Part shown: piece by piece, positions 37,728-50,780 of the stretch
Layout: the number at the start of each line of letters is the position of its first letter
Position numbering within the stretch: the stretch's first letter is position 1
Origin: Mobula hypostoma
Lineage: Eukaryota
Direction of reading: 5' to 3'
DNA length: 64,000 nucleotides
Assembly (NCBI RefSeq): GCF_963921235.1
Contig: NC_086109.1
Coordinates: 30,258,001-30,322,000, forward strand
The notes under the pieces: generated by a model
What the model was told of the DNA's origin: nothing
Seen by the model: only the letters and a program-made list of their open reading frames with translations
The model's database searches: none
Translations under genes and position numbers: made by a program

Positions 37728-38256
37728 ATAAGAACATAAGAAATAGGAGCAGGAGTAGGCCATCCGGCCCATCAAGCCTGACCCGCCATTCAATAAGATC
37801 ATGGCTGATCTTTCCGTAAACTCAGCTCCATCTACCTGCCTTTTCCCCATAACCCCTTAATTCCCTTACTATGTAAAAACCTATCTAACTGCTTCTTAAA
37901 TATATTTAGTGAGGAAGCCTCAACTGCTTCCCTGGGCAGAGAATTGCACAGATTCACCACTCTCTGGGAAAAACAGTTTCTCCTCATCGCCGTCCTAAAC
38001 CTTCTCCCCTGAATCTTGAGGCAATGTCCCCTAGTTCTAGTCTCACCTACCAATGGAAACAACTTCCCTACTTCTAACTTATCTATCCCTTTCAAAATTT
38101 TGTACGTTTCTATAAGATCCCCTTTCACTCTTCTGAACTCCAGAGAGTATAGTCCCAGGCGACTCAATCTCTCGTCATAGGTTAACCCCTTCATCCCTGG
38201 AGTCAACCTGGTGAACCTCCTCTGCATTGCCTCCAAAGCCAGTATATCCTTCCTTT
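37728..38256 (-). mobile_element. Young CR1 3' end
   Basis: ORF 37832-38236: QRRFTRLTPGMKGLTYDERLSRLGLYSLE...FSQRVVNL; (ataagaac) tail. Confidence 0.93.
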
Positions 38257-40082
38257 ATGACACTTTGCTATATGGCAAACAGTTCTGTACTGCAGATTTT
38301 AGCTAGACCTGTTGCTGTCACGCCTTCTACAGTCCCTGTAGGATCAGAAGTGATCCCTTGACTAATGGAAATGAAGGAGTGATCAATATGCTAACTCAAG
38401 AGATTAGATGTTATGGGGAATACATTTCTGCTTCTGATGTCCCAGACTGTCTCATCTATACACAGATCTGAGCTGTCATTTCTGTTAAGAATCCATTGTG
38501 TTAGACAATGATGGTGTCTACTTGCATCTTGAAGAGATGACTTTTCAAGATTTGTACTGTTCCCGTCAATACTGTAAAAGCAAGATCTATCCATGTTCTC
38601 TCAACACTTTTTGCAAGCCCATTCTGGTACCCATTCTAGACTGTCAGCTTCGTCAAGGAAGAAATTACCAAATTGGACTTAAAAGTGCAGCATTGCAGCA
38701 TTCCCACACAAAATGCATTCTGTAACCCTTGTTACCCAGAGGTAATAGTAAGTGTTGTTTTGATCCATTAACTGACAGAATGGGACAAGTGAGAGTCAGT
38801 AGCAAGTTCCTTGCCTATGTTTGACCAAATATATTGAGACTTCCTAGGTTTGGATGCTGCACTGCGGACTTGAGACACCTATATTTTGACAGTTTTAAAG
38901 CTATCCTTCAATCCCTTGTGGACCTGTTCTACTGGCAAGGCAAGGCAACATATGCTACAAAGTTGCATTGTGGAGTATTGCAAAGTCAGACTAATGTTTG
39001 GCTCATCTAAGCCAGCGGTCCCCAACCACCGGGCCGTAGAGCATGCGCTACCGGGCCGCGAGGAAACGATATGATTTGGCGATATGAGTCAGCTGCACCT
39101 TTCCTCATTCCCTGTCACGCACTGTTGAGCCATTACCCACGCGTCATCCATTTCAGCGCGGGAAGGAGATCAACTCCACGAGCTTGCAAATAACGGCGGG
39201 CTGAAAAGTCTGTTTGACATAACATCTCGGCCGGCATTCTGGATCAAAGTCAAGGCTCAATATCCTGAGATAGCCACGGAAGCACCGAAAACGTTGCTTC
39301 CATTTCCAACATATCTCTGCGATGAATGTAAGGAAAACTAAATTGCGGATTAGACTGGACATAAGGAACCCCGTTCGAGTATCGCTGTCCCCCATCACCC
39401 CTCGATAGGACCGTCTTGTTGCAGGAAAACAAGCCCAGGGCTCCCACTGATTCAGCGATATTGGTGTGTTGCAATGATTTTATAAGTTCATACGGGGAAA
39501 ATATGCGCTGTGTTTAATATCCAAACGTTACTTAAAATGTTATGATGCTATTGATTTATATAACCATATAACAATTACAGCACAGAAACAGGTCACTTCT
39601 GCCCTTCTAGTCCGTGCCGAACGCTACTTTCACCTCTTCCCACCGACCTGCACTCAGCCCATAACCCTCCATTACTTTCCTGTCCACATACCTATTCAAT
39701 TTTTCTTTAAATGATAATATCGAACCTGCTTCTGACACTTCTACTGGAAGTTTGTTCAACACTTACTTCAAGCTCCCCTGTCCTCCCCTGATAATTGACT
39801 TATCGCTATATTCATGCGAGGAAAATGCGCTGCGTGTTTAATATTAAATTCGTTAGCTAAAGCCTTTTAGAAATGAAATTGAGTGTATTAGCCACTTATC
39901 ACCGATATTCCGGTCATGATTAACACCCCCCCTCCGAACAGAATCGCCAAAAACAAATTGTAGAAAAATAAACGGCACATGCGCGCATGCGCAGATAACG
40001 CATGCACACTGGTGCCCGCGCAAGGCTTCATGGTCATTGTAGTCTTACTCTGGGTAAATGTAACGTATTTGACTCTTACTCA

Positions 40083-40230
40083 CTCTTCCTTCAGTTAGTC
40101 CTGACGAAGGGTCTCGGCCTGAAACGTCGACTGCACCTCTTCCTAGAGATGCTGCCTGGCCTGCTGCGTTCACCAGCAACTTTGATGTGTGTTCCTTGAA
40201 TTTCCAGCATCTGCAGAATTCCTGTTGTTT
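40083..40230 (+). mobile_element. Penelope-like terminal repeat nested in the hAT element
   Basis: Near-identical to the 1115-1260 and 29081 copies; imperfect flanking duplication (tatttgactcttactc / tatttgactgctactc). Confidence 0.85.
40096..40133 (+). ncRNA. Minimal type I hammerhead ribozyme motif
   Basis: tagtc-CTGACGA(40101-40107)-agg-gtctcgg-cct-GAAA(40121-40124)-cgTC-gactg. Predicted cleavage after 40128. Confidence 0.72.
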
Positions 40231-40839
40231 GCATATTTGACTGCTACTCTTGTCCATTGGCAACCGTCCCGCACCCCCCCCCGCCCCCCCCATCGGCCGG
40301 TCCGCAAGAATATTGTCAACATGAAACCGGTCTGCACAGCAAAAAATGTTGGGGACCCCTGATCTAAGCCATGCCTCTCCAAAATTAAGCTGTGAGGAGA
40401 ATATTACAACTTCATTTTGACCAGGAATGATTGTTGCTTTATCTAATATTAGTGCCAAGGTCTTTACAGAGTGCAATTTATTCAAGCAATTCTGTTTAAA
40501 TTCACCAGTCCTTTGTAACTGTTGAACTATTTCAGAGCAGAGTCAGTTACATGTTTGTTGGTTTGGAGTCACAGTTAAGCCAGTGTGTATAAGCCTGTAA
40601 GATTTATTTCTGTAAGAAATATAAGAGAACCAGATAGGTTTTATGGCAATCTAGTAGTTTTAAGGTTGTCGTTATTGTGGTTCCAGATTATTTAACTTCT
40701 GCAGGTATCATTGAATTCACCTTCCAATTGATAGTAAGGGTCGTGAAGTAGTCCAACAACTTGATCACAAAACCATCATGCCCACCGCTGGAAGCACATC
40801 AGTGCCAGTGGCAGCTCTGTGCTCAATTTATCTGTCTGC

Positions 40840-41700
40840 CCTCATAATCAAGAAAGAAACACCCCTGCAGGGTGTTGAATGTAACTCCACTACTTAAACA
40901 AAAATGGGAGAGAGAAAACAGGAATTGCAGAATAGTTAGCCAAGTATGAATAGACAGGAAAATCAAGCAGCTATTATAAGCGGTAAGATAACAGGATGCT
41001 TGGAAACGATCAACAGATTTCTGAAGGGAAATTGTGTGTGATAAATGTATAAAAATGTTGGACAATTCAACCTGTGGAATAAATCAAAAGTGAAGCAGTG
41101 AATATAGTATTCTTAGACTTTCAAAATGGCTTTGACAAAATCCCACATGAGAATTAACTGAGTAAAATGTAAAATATTGGGGATTATGTATTGGCATGAA
41201 TTGAAAATTGGTTGATAGATGGGAAACAGAGGAGAACTAAATGGGTGTTTTTGGAGAGAAAGCAGAAGAATGGGGTTGAGAGGGAAATGGATCAGCCATG
41301 ATGAAATGGTGGAGCAGACACAATGGGCCAAATGGCTCCTATGTCTTATGGTCTTTTTCCAGAAGCAAACAGTAACTAGTGCGGTATCAAACATATCAGT
41401 GCATGGGCCTCAGTTATCTATCAATGATGGAGTAAAATACAAGTTTTCTGATAATGGTGAACTGTGTGATGTTGTCAATCATGAAGTGGATGCAAAGAAG
41501 CTTCAAGGCAACTCAGATTGAAGAATTGGAAAAATTTGACAGATTCAGTGAAACAGGGATGAATGTGAAGTTATCCACTTCAGTAGGAACGTAGAAGGGA
41601 AGTTAGGAGAAAGAAAGGAAGAACAGCGGGAAGTTAAAAAGGCAAATGATATGTTGGTATACATAGCAAGAGACTTGGGTACATTAATAAGGTTATCCTT
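40840..41700 (+). mobile_element. Degenerate CR1 RT region with a nested CR1 3' tail (~41250-41355)
   Basis: LDFQNGFDKIPH motif at ~41113; aaaggcaaatgatatgttgg. Confidence 0.6.
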
Positions 41701-42265
41701 TTATGACTATACAGTGAGATCACTTGAAGAAATGTGTGCTGACCCATAAGTAGCAAAATATATGCATTTAAATGGTAACAATATTTTGCTTTGCTTTAAA
41801 ATAAACCAGTATTGTACATAAAATGGTCTCTTGGATAAAATCACACTACTACTAAGAATGTAATTGGCAACTGATGTTTTGAAACATAACCTTTCCATGA
41901 ATTTCAGTTTCAGAATTAGTTTATGCCAATATTTTAAAGATTGAATTAGACCATAAGATATTGGAGCAGAATTAGACCATTTGGCCCATCAAGTCTGCTC
42001 TACTGTGTCATCATGGCTGATCCAATTTTCCTCTCAGCCCCAATCTCCTGCCTTTTCCCCGTATTCCTTCATGCCCTGACCAATCAAGAATCTAAATTGT
42101 TAGTGATTGTAATAAACAGTAAAACAAAATGACATATGAGGATCACCTTTGATAATCTTAAATCTGCAGTTTCCTTTGCCATTTTGTTCACTTTTTAGAT
42201 TTAATATTGCTATGAAAGAATAACATCGTGCTTTATTTATTTTGTTTCTTACAGAATCCAGCATA

Positions 42266-43970
42266 CAGTGCCTTGAAAAAGTATTCAGCCCCCACAACTA
42301 TTTTCATATTTTACTGAATTTCCTAAATTAAAATGTTGAAGTAGTATTTTTAATCTAATGTATAAAACATTGTGCATTGCGTCAAATCAAAAGAAAAAAA
42401 TCCAAAACCCTTTAACAATTACTGAATATTTAAAACCAAAACTGAAACAGAAAAAGTATTCATCCTGTTTGTCATTACTATGCTAGCTTTCCTCAGGTGC
42501 AGTATTTGTATTACCTTACCAATTCACCCAATTTGTTGATGTACAAAATTGGAGGATCACCTGTTTTCAATGAATTCATAAAAATAAATACCCCTCTCCC
42601 TGTAAGGTCCAACAGTACGGTAGATTTTCAAGCGAACAAACCAAAATGAAGACGAACGAGCATTCAAGACAAGACAGGGAATTGATAATAAGTCACAAAT
42701 CTAGGGAAGAATACAAACCATCTCAAAGGCACTAAACATACCTTAGAGATCAGCACAGTCTACTGTGGAAAAAATATAAAACCACAACCATACTGCCTAG
42801 GTCAGGCCACCCCTCTAAACTTAGTCACCAGAAAAGAATGGCACTTGTAAGAGAGCCTATTGTGATGCCAACAGACACTCTGAGTGAGCTGCAGAAGTCA
42901 ATTGCTGCAACTGGAGATGAAGTTCATGGCTTCACAGACTCTTAAGGCCTTGCACAAAAAGAATATTTATGGAGTATCTATGGAGAATATTTAAGAGTAG
43001 CAAAGGAGAAGTGCTAGCTGAAAAGAAAAGATGAAGTTCATGGCTTCACAGACTCTTAAGGCCTTGCACAAAAAGAATATTTATGGAGAATATTTAAGAG
43101 TAGCAAAGGAGAAGTCCTAGCTGAAAATAAAAGCATATCCTTGCACGCAAAGCATTTGTAAAGTGTCACTTAGAAGATACTGTAAAGATGTGGAAGAAGG
43201 TATTGTGGGCGGATGAGACTAAAGTGGAACTTTTAGCCTCAACTAAGCAGTATGTGTGGCATAAATCTAATATTATGCATCGGTCAGGTAACACTTTCCC
43301 TCCTGTAAAGTATGGAAGAGGTAGCATCATCCCATGGGGGTGCTTTTCAGCTGAAGGGACTGGAAATCTGGTCAGAATTAATGGGAAGATGAATGCTGCT
43401 AAATACAGAGAGATCCTGCTAGCCTCAAATTAGAAAGCTTAAACTTGGGAGGAAGTTCGTCTTTCAGCAGGACAGCAACCCAAAGCACACTCCCAGAGTA
43501 ACCATGGAGTGGCTTCACATGAAAACAATTGATGTCCTTGAGTGGCCCAGTCAGAGGCCTGACTTAGCCTAATCAATCATCTCTGGCAAGACCACAAGGT
43601 TGCTGTTATCTGCCGCTCCCAACCAACCTGGCACAGCTTGAGCAATTTTGCAAGAAGGATTGGGCAAATTTTGCTTCATCATGTTGTGCAAAGTTAATAG
43701 AAACTTATCTAAAAAAGACTACTGGCTGTAATACCTCTGAGAGGTGGTTCAACTAAACCCTTAGCAAAAGGGGATGAATACTTTTGAACTGCTGACATCT
43801 CAGTTTTTGAATTTTTAGTTTTTTTATGCTTTACAATTTTCCCTGTTTTTGCGGGGGGGGGGCGGAGGACCATGTGATTCACAAATAAAATTCCCTGTTA
43901 AATTGATCAAAATCCTTGGTTGTAACACTTGTTTATGTGAACAAAGGGTTTAGGGCTGAATAATTTTACA
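42266..43970 (+). mobile_element. Tc1 (Passport-like) relic; transposase pseudogene at ~42646-43764
   Basis: ta|cagtgccttgaaaaagtattcagcccc left end. MKTNEHS start, [23 protein letters not shown] and WPSQRPDL motifs. The right end lacks its last ~10 bp; internal duplication present. Confidence 0.9.
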
Positions 43971-44329
43971 TATCCACCAAAGTGTCTTCTTGTAGTTCTG
44001 AGCCCTAAAATATAACTGTTTTCCTCAGCTCATAATTTATTGCAGTTTTATTATGTTGAGTGTCTCATTGGTTAATTGTTTTTATTTCTAAACTGTTAAG
44101 TTGGATTGATAATTTCAAAAACTGCCACACTGACTTCTTCTGGAGTAGAGTCGAATGTTAAGGATGATGGGTGCTACGTTCAAAAATTTATATAGTGGTT
44201 AAAGTAAAAATGATGTCTTCAGATATGATCTTGCATTTAATTTTGGCACAATTGTCCATGACAGCCAGTTCTAATTTGCCATAAACACGCATACATTTCC
44301 AAATGGACATAATGAATTTTGATAGGTTA

Positions 44330-44585
44330 TGGAACATGGATGATCCAAAGCCTGAATGTGACAAGAGGAGGGTTAGACTTGAGACTGGCAGCCCCATCCC
44401 GTAAAAACCTAGAGCTACAGAACCCCCAACGGAAGCTTTAAAGACCTCATCCCTGAGAGAGGAAGGATCTTCGAAGGTGGGCTACACATGGGGGCAACTT
44501 GAAAGACTGACCCAGGGTAGAGAACTCTGGTGAGCTGCTCTCAGCAGCCTATGCATCAGTAGGGGTGACGGGCTTAAGAAGAGGA
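44330..44585 (+). mobile_element. RTE-related short non-autonomous element
   Basis: aggagggttag...ccccatcccgtaaaaac (RTE 5'-like) joined to ggcctatgc/gggcttaag-like 3' tail motifs. Confidence 0.5.
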
Positions 44586-46679
44586 ATAGAATCCTGGCCA
44601 ATTTTCCTCTTCAATGCAGGTTGTATGTATCCAAAGAGATATCATAAATTAAATTTGGGCCCCTCTGAGTCTATATGTATAAATTAATCCCTAAAAGACC
44701 ATCTTGTTGACCATCTTTACTTGAATTGTAAATTAGAATTGCTTCTAAGTAGCAGATGAAATTTATTCAGGAAAATTATTCAGCATGATTAATAATCTTG
44801 TTTGCATTAATAAAATCTAAGAAGACTGAAATCCAAAACAATTCTAACATAAATGTGCATTTATTTTCTATTTGTGGTCTGAATTGTCATGGCATATTGT
44901 GTGTAGTGGCAGAGTTACTAGCACCTCTATTGTCAGAAGGCCAGAGATTAAAGATACAATTTACAGACTTAAGTACAACAATTTCTGAAGCTCCCAACGT
45001 AAGTGAGTATGCTGTGGCTGCCATTGTCAGTCTTATTGATCTTTCCATCTTAGTTAAACCAAGCACCCAAAAATTTGTGAAAGCTATACTTGGTGTTCAT
45101 ATCAATAAACTATCATAACCAAAAGAGGTGATCATGTTCTTATAATGTTCATATTGCTTGTTGTGCACAAATTGGCTTCTCTTTGCCAGTCTAGTGTGGC
45201 ACTTCACAAGTATGTAATTAGCTATGGCACTCTGAGATGATGTGAGAGAAAAGTACTACTATACAAGTCTTTCTTTCTGTCAAAGATTATGGTTTAAACT
45301 TAATTGGTTTGTGATTCAGGGGAAGACTGTGGAATAAATTAGAAATTGGCAAAATGTTGAGAAGCCTTGTATCCTAATTGCAAGAATTAAATTGGGATTG
45401 TGGGAACTGCCGAGTAAGGTACTCCAAAGATAAATATTAAATTTCTAATTAAATTTAAGATATAACATTGGATGTCATGGCACAAAATAAACATGCTAAT
45501 GCAAATGGTATTTTGAATTTAGAGGGGAAATTTAAGAACTGTAAACAAATTGAAGTATACTGAATAGAAAGAGCAATATAATAATGTGTAAAATACAGCA
45601 TAAAGGAATTAAATAGGCATGATTTAAGTCGGTTGGTACAGGAGTATGATTCCTGTAAAATCTTCCATCGTGAGGAGCAAGTGATTGTTTTCCTGGAACA
45701 AGGTAGATTGGAAAAGATTAGTGAGATGTGTGGAATTAGTTATAGAGTTATAGATACTAGTCCTTTGGCTTATAGAATCTATATCAACCATCAAGCAGCC
45801 ATATTGACATCAATTTTCTCCCAGATTCTACTGCTTTTCAACTTTATAAGGGCAATGTAAAGTGTTCAAATAACCTGCCGACCTGCAAGTTTGAGAAAAC
45901 AGGATAAATTTGAGCACTGGAGAAAATTCACACAGATATAGGGAGATTGTTTAAATGGATTCTGAACCACATTCCCTGAAATGGAGACATATTATCCCTC
46001 ATCATATTAAAGAAAAACACAGTTGAGCACTTGGAAGAGCTGCAGTTTTGCAAGGCTGAAGACCAAAAGTTTAAAACCAGGAGTAAGCTGTGTGACTTGG
46101 TGGACCAAATGGTTGTGATATTCTAAATATCTTGAGTCCTGACGAATATGAGTAAAATTTAAATAGTGCACGTTTAACTAATCCAATCATGTTGAATAAC
46201 AGGTAACATAGGAAATGTAACTACTTGATGAAAGAGTTCAGATAGATTTGGAGGATGAACTGTGAGAATATAATTTTATTTCTTATATTTTCAGGTGAAC
46301 ACTCATATTGTTCTATCCTAAAGTGCTTGGAGAACATTCCACATTAACCTAAACACAAATGCTGAGGTCTAGCTACTGCAATGAGTGAGCAACAGATCTT
46401 TCTGATCAATTTAGGTGTCTGAAGTTTACCAGTTTGCAATTTTGGAAATGCAAAATTGGTACAGTCAGCTCTACATTGTATGTTATACACCATTACCTAG
46501 AAAATCTAGGCAATCGTGATTTTAAAAACCTGTAGAATTTGATTTGAGATTAACCAACCTCATATAACGCAAGTCCTTGGGATCTGACAAGAAAACAGTT
46601 CTAATAATATGAGGTTTTTGGCCCATAATTCAGCAGCAAGTTATAAATTGAATAGATAATATATTCCTGATAAACCTAG

Positions 46680-47213
46680 GTGCACCATAGAAAGCATTCT
46701 TCTTGGGTGCATCACAACCTGGTATGGAAGTTGTCCTGTCCAAGACCGGAAGAAGCTGCAGAAGATTGTGAACACAGCCCAGCACATCACATCTTCCATC
46801 CTTGGACTCAATTTACACCGTACACTGTCGGAGCAGTGCTGCCAGGATAATCAAGGACACGACCCACCCAGCCAACACACTTTTCGTCCCTCTTCCCTCC
46901 AAAAGAAGGCTCAGGAGCTTGAAGACTCGTACGGCCAGATTTGGGAACAGCTTCTTCCCAACTGTGATAAGACTGCTGAACGGATCCTGACCCAGATCTG
47001 GGCCATACACTCCAAATATCTGGACCTGCCTCTTGGTTTTTTTGCACTACCTTACTTTCCCTTTTCTATTTTCTATTTATGATTTATAATTTAAATTTTT
47101 AATATTTACTATCGATTTGTACTCCAGGGAGCACGAAGAGCAGAATCAAATATCTCTGTGATGATTGTACGCTCTAGTGATCAATTGTTTGGCGACAATA
47201 AAGTATAAAGTAT
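46680..47213 (+). mobile_element. Rex-Babar LINE 3' end
   Basis: CTIESILLGCITTWYG...KKLQKIV...IIKDTTHPA...NSFFP; caataaagtataaagtat tail. Confidence 0.88.
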
Positions 47214-47639
47214 TTAACACCTCAGTAGATCCCAATTCTAATTTACAATATTGAAATATGCCTCTTAAGTAATTAGTAAATTGATTAATGCTGTTGATCC
47301 TAATTAGGTGGCACTAATTCACCATGATTGTGTACAGTGAGTTGCTCATACTAATGTTCCATAGTTTTCCATAGTGAGTAAGTGATTCCTAATTTGAAAA
47401 TAGGTAAGATTGTTTCTTTAGGAAATACAGAGTAGTTTAGGTGTTATTTGTCTGTTAAGAAAATTAGGGTTATGATCATATTATTTTAATATCTAAGTTG
47501 AGAGAGTTGAAATTTTGTTTTATGTTTAAGGATGTAGCTTTCAATGTAATTACACATTCTATTAACTGTTTTGCAGTTCATTCTGTTTTATTTCTTTAGT
47601 AGGTCTCATATTATCTCCTTAATGCTCTTCTATTGCTGC

Positions 47640-48100
47640 CCAGACATGTACCAGTTAATATTCAAGATTGTTGAATGTCAATTCCAGTACACAAGTGAAA
47701 AGGAGAGCAAAATAATTAGCACTCCAGATCTGATGCAGCACAAAAGAGCACACTAAGATTGAGAACACAATAATAAAAAACACAAAAAATATAAATATGT
47801 AAGATAACTTGTATACATAGATTGATTGTATGTCCATAAAGTGCGAGGTAAAAGAATGTCTATGCAAATGAGGACTCTGACAGGAAATGAAAAAGTAGTC
47901 GTGGTTGGGGGTGTGGAGGGGTGAGTTGGTGTGTGGAGGTGTTGATCAGCCTTACTGCTTGGGGACAGTAACTGATTTTGAGTCTGGTGTTCCTGGCGTG
48001 GATGCTACATAGACGACTCCTTGATGGAAGTAGGACAAACAGTCCATGAGCAGGATGGATGGGATCCTTCATGGTGTTACTGACCCTTTTCCAAGCTCTC
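47640..48100 (-). mobile_element. Rex-Babar LINE 3' end
   Basis: ORF 47860-48114: KDPIHPAHGLFVLLPS...PQAVRLIN. Confidence 0.8.
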
Positions 48101-48615
48101 AACCTCTTCTTCATCTGGATTTTTTAAATAATCTAAAAATGGGGTGATGTTAAATGGTAATGAGCATATATCTAAGTACTTTGACTAGCACTTACAATAG
48201 TGGGCAAATGCAGTGTACAAGTAAATCACACGATCTCCTTTATAATCACCATTATTATGCAGTGCCTTCTGAGTGGTAGCTTTGGATTTTCCTTCTACCA
48301 TCCTTCTATTTCAAGTTTTGTTATCTATTGAAAATAATATGCAATTACTTTTGAGTTTTTGTAGACACCCAGATTGAAATAAAATTTTTTGCATTGTTTG
48401 ATAATATCACAGTCCAGTATACTTATTATTTTATCAATGATTTCAAACTGTGTTTCATAAATGTCGAGTTATTTTGTAAAGCAAGTTTAATAGGCTATTG
48501 GTTATGCATTTTTAAAATCATTTCTGGGTTTAGAATCACTAGTTTTAACGAGGGAATCTTTGTGTTTGTCTTGATTTTTCTATACCAAGCTGAAATCTGT
48601 GTTCTTCATTTGAAG

Positions 48616-48744
48616 GGTCTACTAATGTTGTTGCAGAATCTACCTACAATCCACTGGGGTAATGAAGAAGTTGGTTTACTCCTAGCAGAAGCCTACAGAC
48701 TTAAGTACATGTTTGCAGATGCACCTAATCACTATAGACGATAA
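48616..48744 (+). CDS. TBC1D22B: TBC1D22B terminal coding exon (42 aa + TAA)
   Basis: Acceptor gttcttcatttgaag|. Encodes GLLMLLQNLPTIHWGNEEVGLLLAEAYRLKYMFADAPNHYRR*, matching the recalled vertebrate TBC1D22B C-terminus (TBC1D22A ends ...KFAFADAPNHYKK instead). Confidence 0.96.
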   Translation, partial: GLLMLLQNLPTIHWGNEEVGLLLAEAYRLKYMFADAPNHYRR

Positions 48745-50780
48745 GTGGTTAGCAGAAGCATTAAGGCGTGATTAAAACTCCCTGCAGTCTTACAGGTCAA
48801 TAGCACAGAAGCTCTATTGACTAAGACAACTAAAGTTTCAACTACTGTGAAAGTAGTTTCTATTTACTTGAAGCTTTTCTTAAGCTATTATTGTAATATA
48901 CTAAGTTGGGCAAGACTGAGATCTTCCTCGGTGTGCTCTTAATGAAGCCTTGTTAAATCTTTGATACTAGGTTATACATAGTTCTTAATAGAAAAGGATT
49001 TAAAAGGCATTATAAAGTGTATTTCTATTTAATAATTATAATGTACGTGTCCTTAAATTGAACTACTGTGAGTTTATGTTTAGAAAATTAGTTTCGACAT
49101 TTGGGCTTAGTGTGCATAAAGCAGACTAGTTAAATTTTACTCATTCTTAAGCACAGCCAGCATCTAATTCACAATATTTTTATTGTGATTATTGTATAGA
49201 TATACAATTCTCTTAAACTTTGTTTTAAATTCACCAACTAATTTTTTGTACAGTTTCAGCTGTATCCATGAGGTGAAATCATTTTAAATACTTTTGATTT
49301 CTACTAATTATCATTTTGATAAGCAAAATATTTCCTTTTAATGTAGAATGTGGGGAAAAACATCTTTATAATTTTTTAAAAGATCTGCTTTATGATGAGC
49401 ACTAATGATATATATTAAATAAAACAATTCTATTGCCAATAATGATTTCAAAATGTACTGAAGCCATTCAAGATTAAAATATGTTTCTCAGGTATATCCT
49501 TTTCATTTGTGTGCCTTTTGACCTGTTCTATTTATGTAAAGTTGAGGAAATATTGCAATATTTGTATTTTGCTTTGAACAGGGTGGTTGTGAAAAGTTCT
49601 GAACATATCTTTTATTTCCTTCTTGAACTGCTAATAACATGGGCTCTAGAGTTCTTAAAATGTTTTGTGCATCTAAAATATATATACATATATATTTTTA
49701 AAAATATATATAATATATATGAGACCTGAGAAACAGATTTTGCTGTTGATGGCTAACATGGAGTGAAATCTCTGAAATTAGCCTTTTTTAACTAATTTAT
49801 GATCACCCTTACTGGTTTGAGAGATGGATTTTGTGGTGTTATTCACAGAAAATGTTTTCCCATTAACTGGACTGTTAATGCAAATCACAAAAGCTGATGT
49901 CACCCTCAGTTTGCTGATTGTTTTCAATTATTCATAAGGAAAATTTAGAAAAGATAGATAAATGATATTGAAGTTCAGATTTAGAACAATATATCAGAGT
50001 AGCAGACAAGCCAAGGGATTGAATAATGTACTTCTGTTACTGTGAGTAAGGACATAAATAGGTATAGATAAATGGAATTGACGTACAAATTAGCCTTGAC
50101 CCCCTTACAAAATTTCAAAATATTCTAAGATTGAAATGACCTACATTTCTTACTGATCCTGTTTTCAGGAGACATTGCTGCTTACAGTCCACTGATATGA
50201 GCTGCATCCCACAAGATAAAGCCAGATGCATCATTATCTGATAGCCAGGATGCTCACCATCTGTATCAGGCAATTCTTGCCTGTTAGATTGGGCAACATC
50301 TTACAGATAAATTCTTGGGAATCAGGCTTGAAACTTGAACTAGTATTTACAAGTCTATGTGTCTTTTTACAGTCGAGATTCTGGGTCAGCTTTATGCTGT
50401 TTATTCCCTTGATTGTTTTTGGTCAGTTTATAAAACACAGTATTTGCTTACTGTTATGTCTTGCATCATTCTGTGGTGTCATTCCTCAAAAACATTATTT
50501 GAAGGCATTTAGTAAGTCAATACAAAGAAAAGGTGGAAAAATTATGATAGTTTTGGAGGCCACAAATATACTTGATTAGATTTTAAGTAATTTTATTTTA
50601 AATTTTTTAGCTATTAATGTGAAAATTGTGAATTTCTTTTTTATTTGTTTTTATTACTTTATTTAAAGGACAATTATTGAAAACCACTGTGTCATAATTA
50701 TGATGTATTTGTGTATATGTCACTCTGGAAATATTAAATAACAAATGTTAATTTTTTAATTGAACTTAAAGCAAAAATTG
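48745..50780 (+). other. TBC1D22B: Probable TBC1D22B 3'UTR with candidate poly(A) signals
   Basis: AT-rich, largely TE-poor stretch after the stop codon. ATTAAA 48771-48776, AATAAA 49418-49423, ATTAAA 50733-50738. The true 3' end cannot be determined from sequence alone. Confidence 0.55.

Larger units (their letters stand above)
39013..40361 (+). mobile_element. Non-autonomous hAT (Charlie/Buster) element with an 8-bp TSD
   Basis: TSD atctaagc (39005-39012 / 40362-40369); TIRs cagcggtccccaac / gttggggacccctg. Transposase C-terminal remnant FWIKVKAQYPEIAT...LLPFPT...LVAGKQAQGSH* (~39150-39450). Confidence 0.93.

Noticed and set aside
38260..39000. Possible ancient LINE (Vingi-like) remnant on the minus strand
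   Set aside because: Motif resemblance is too weak to call without an alignment.
48394..48615. N-terminal part of the 116-aa ORF 48394-48744
   Set aside because: Intronic read-through upstream of the acceptor at 48615; only GLLMLL onward matches TBC1D22B.
49688..49711. Perfect 24-bp AT palindrome in the 3'UTR
   Set aside because: Low-complexity AT sequence; expected by chance near TA repeats.
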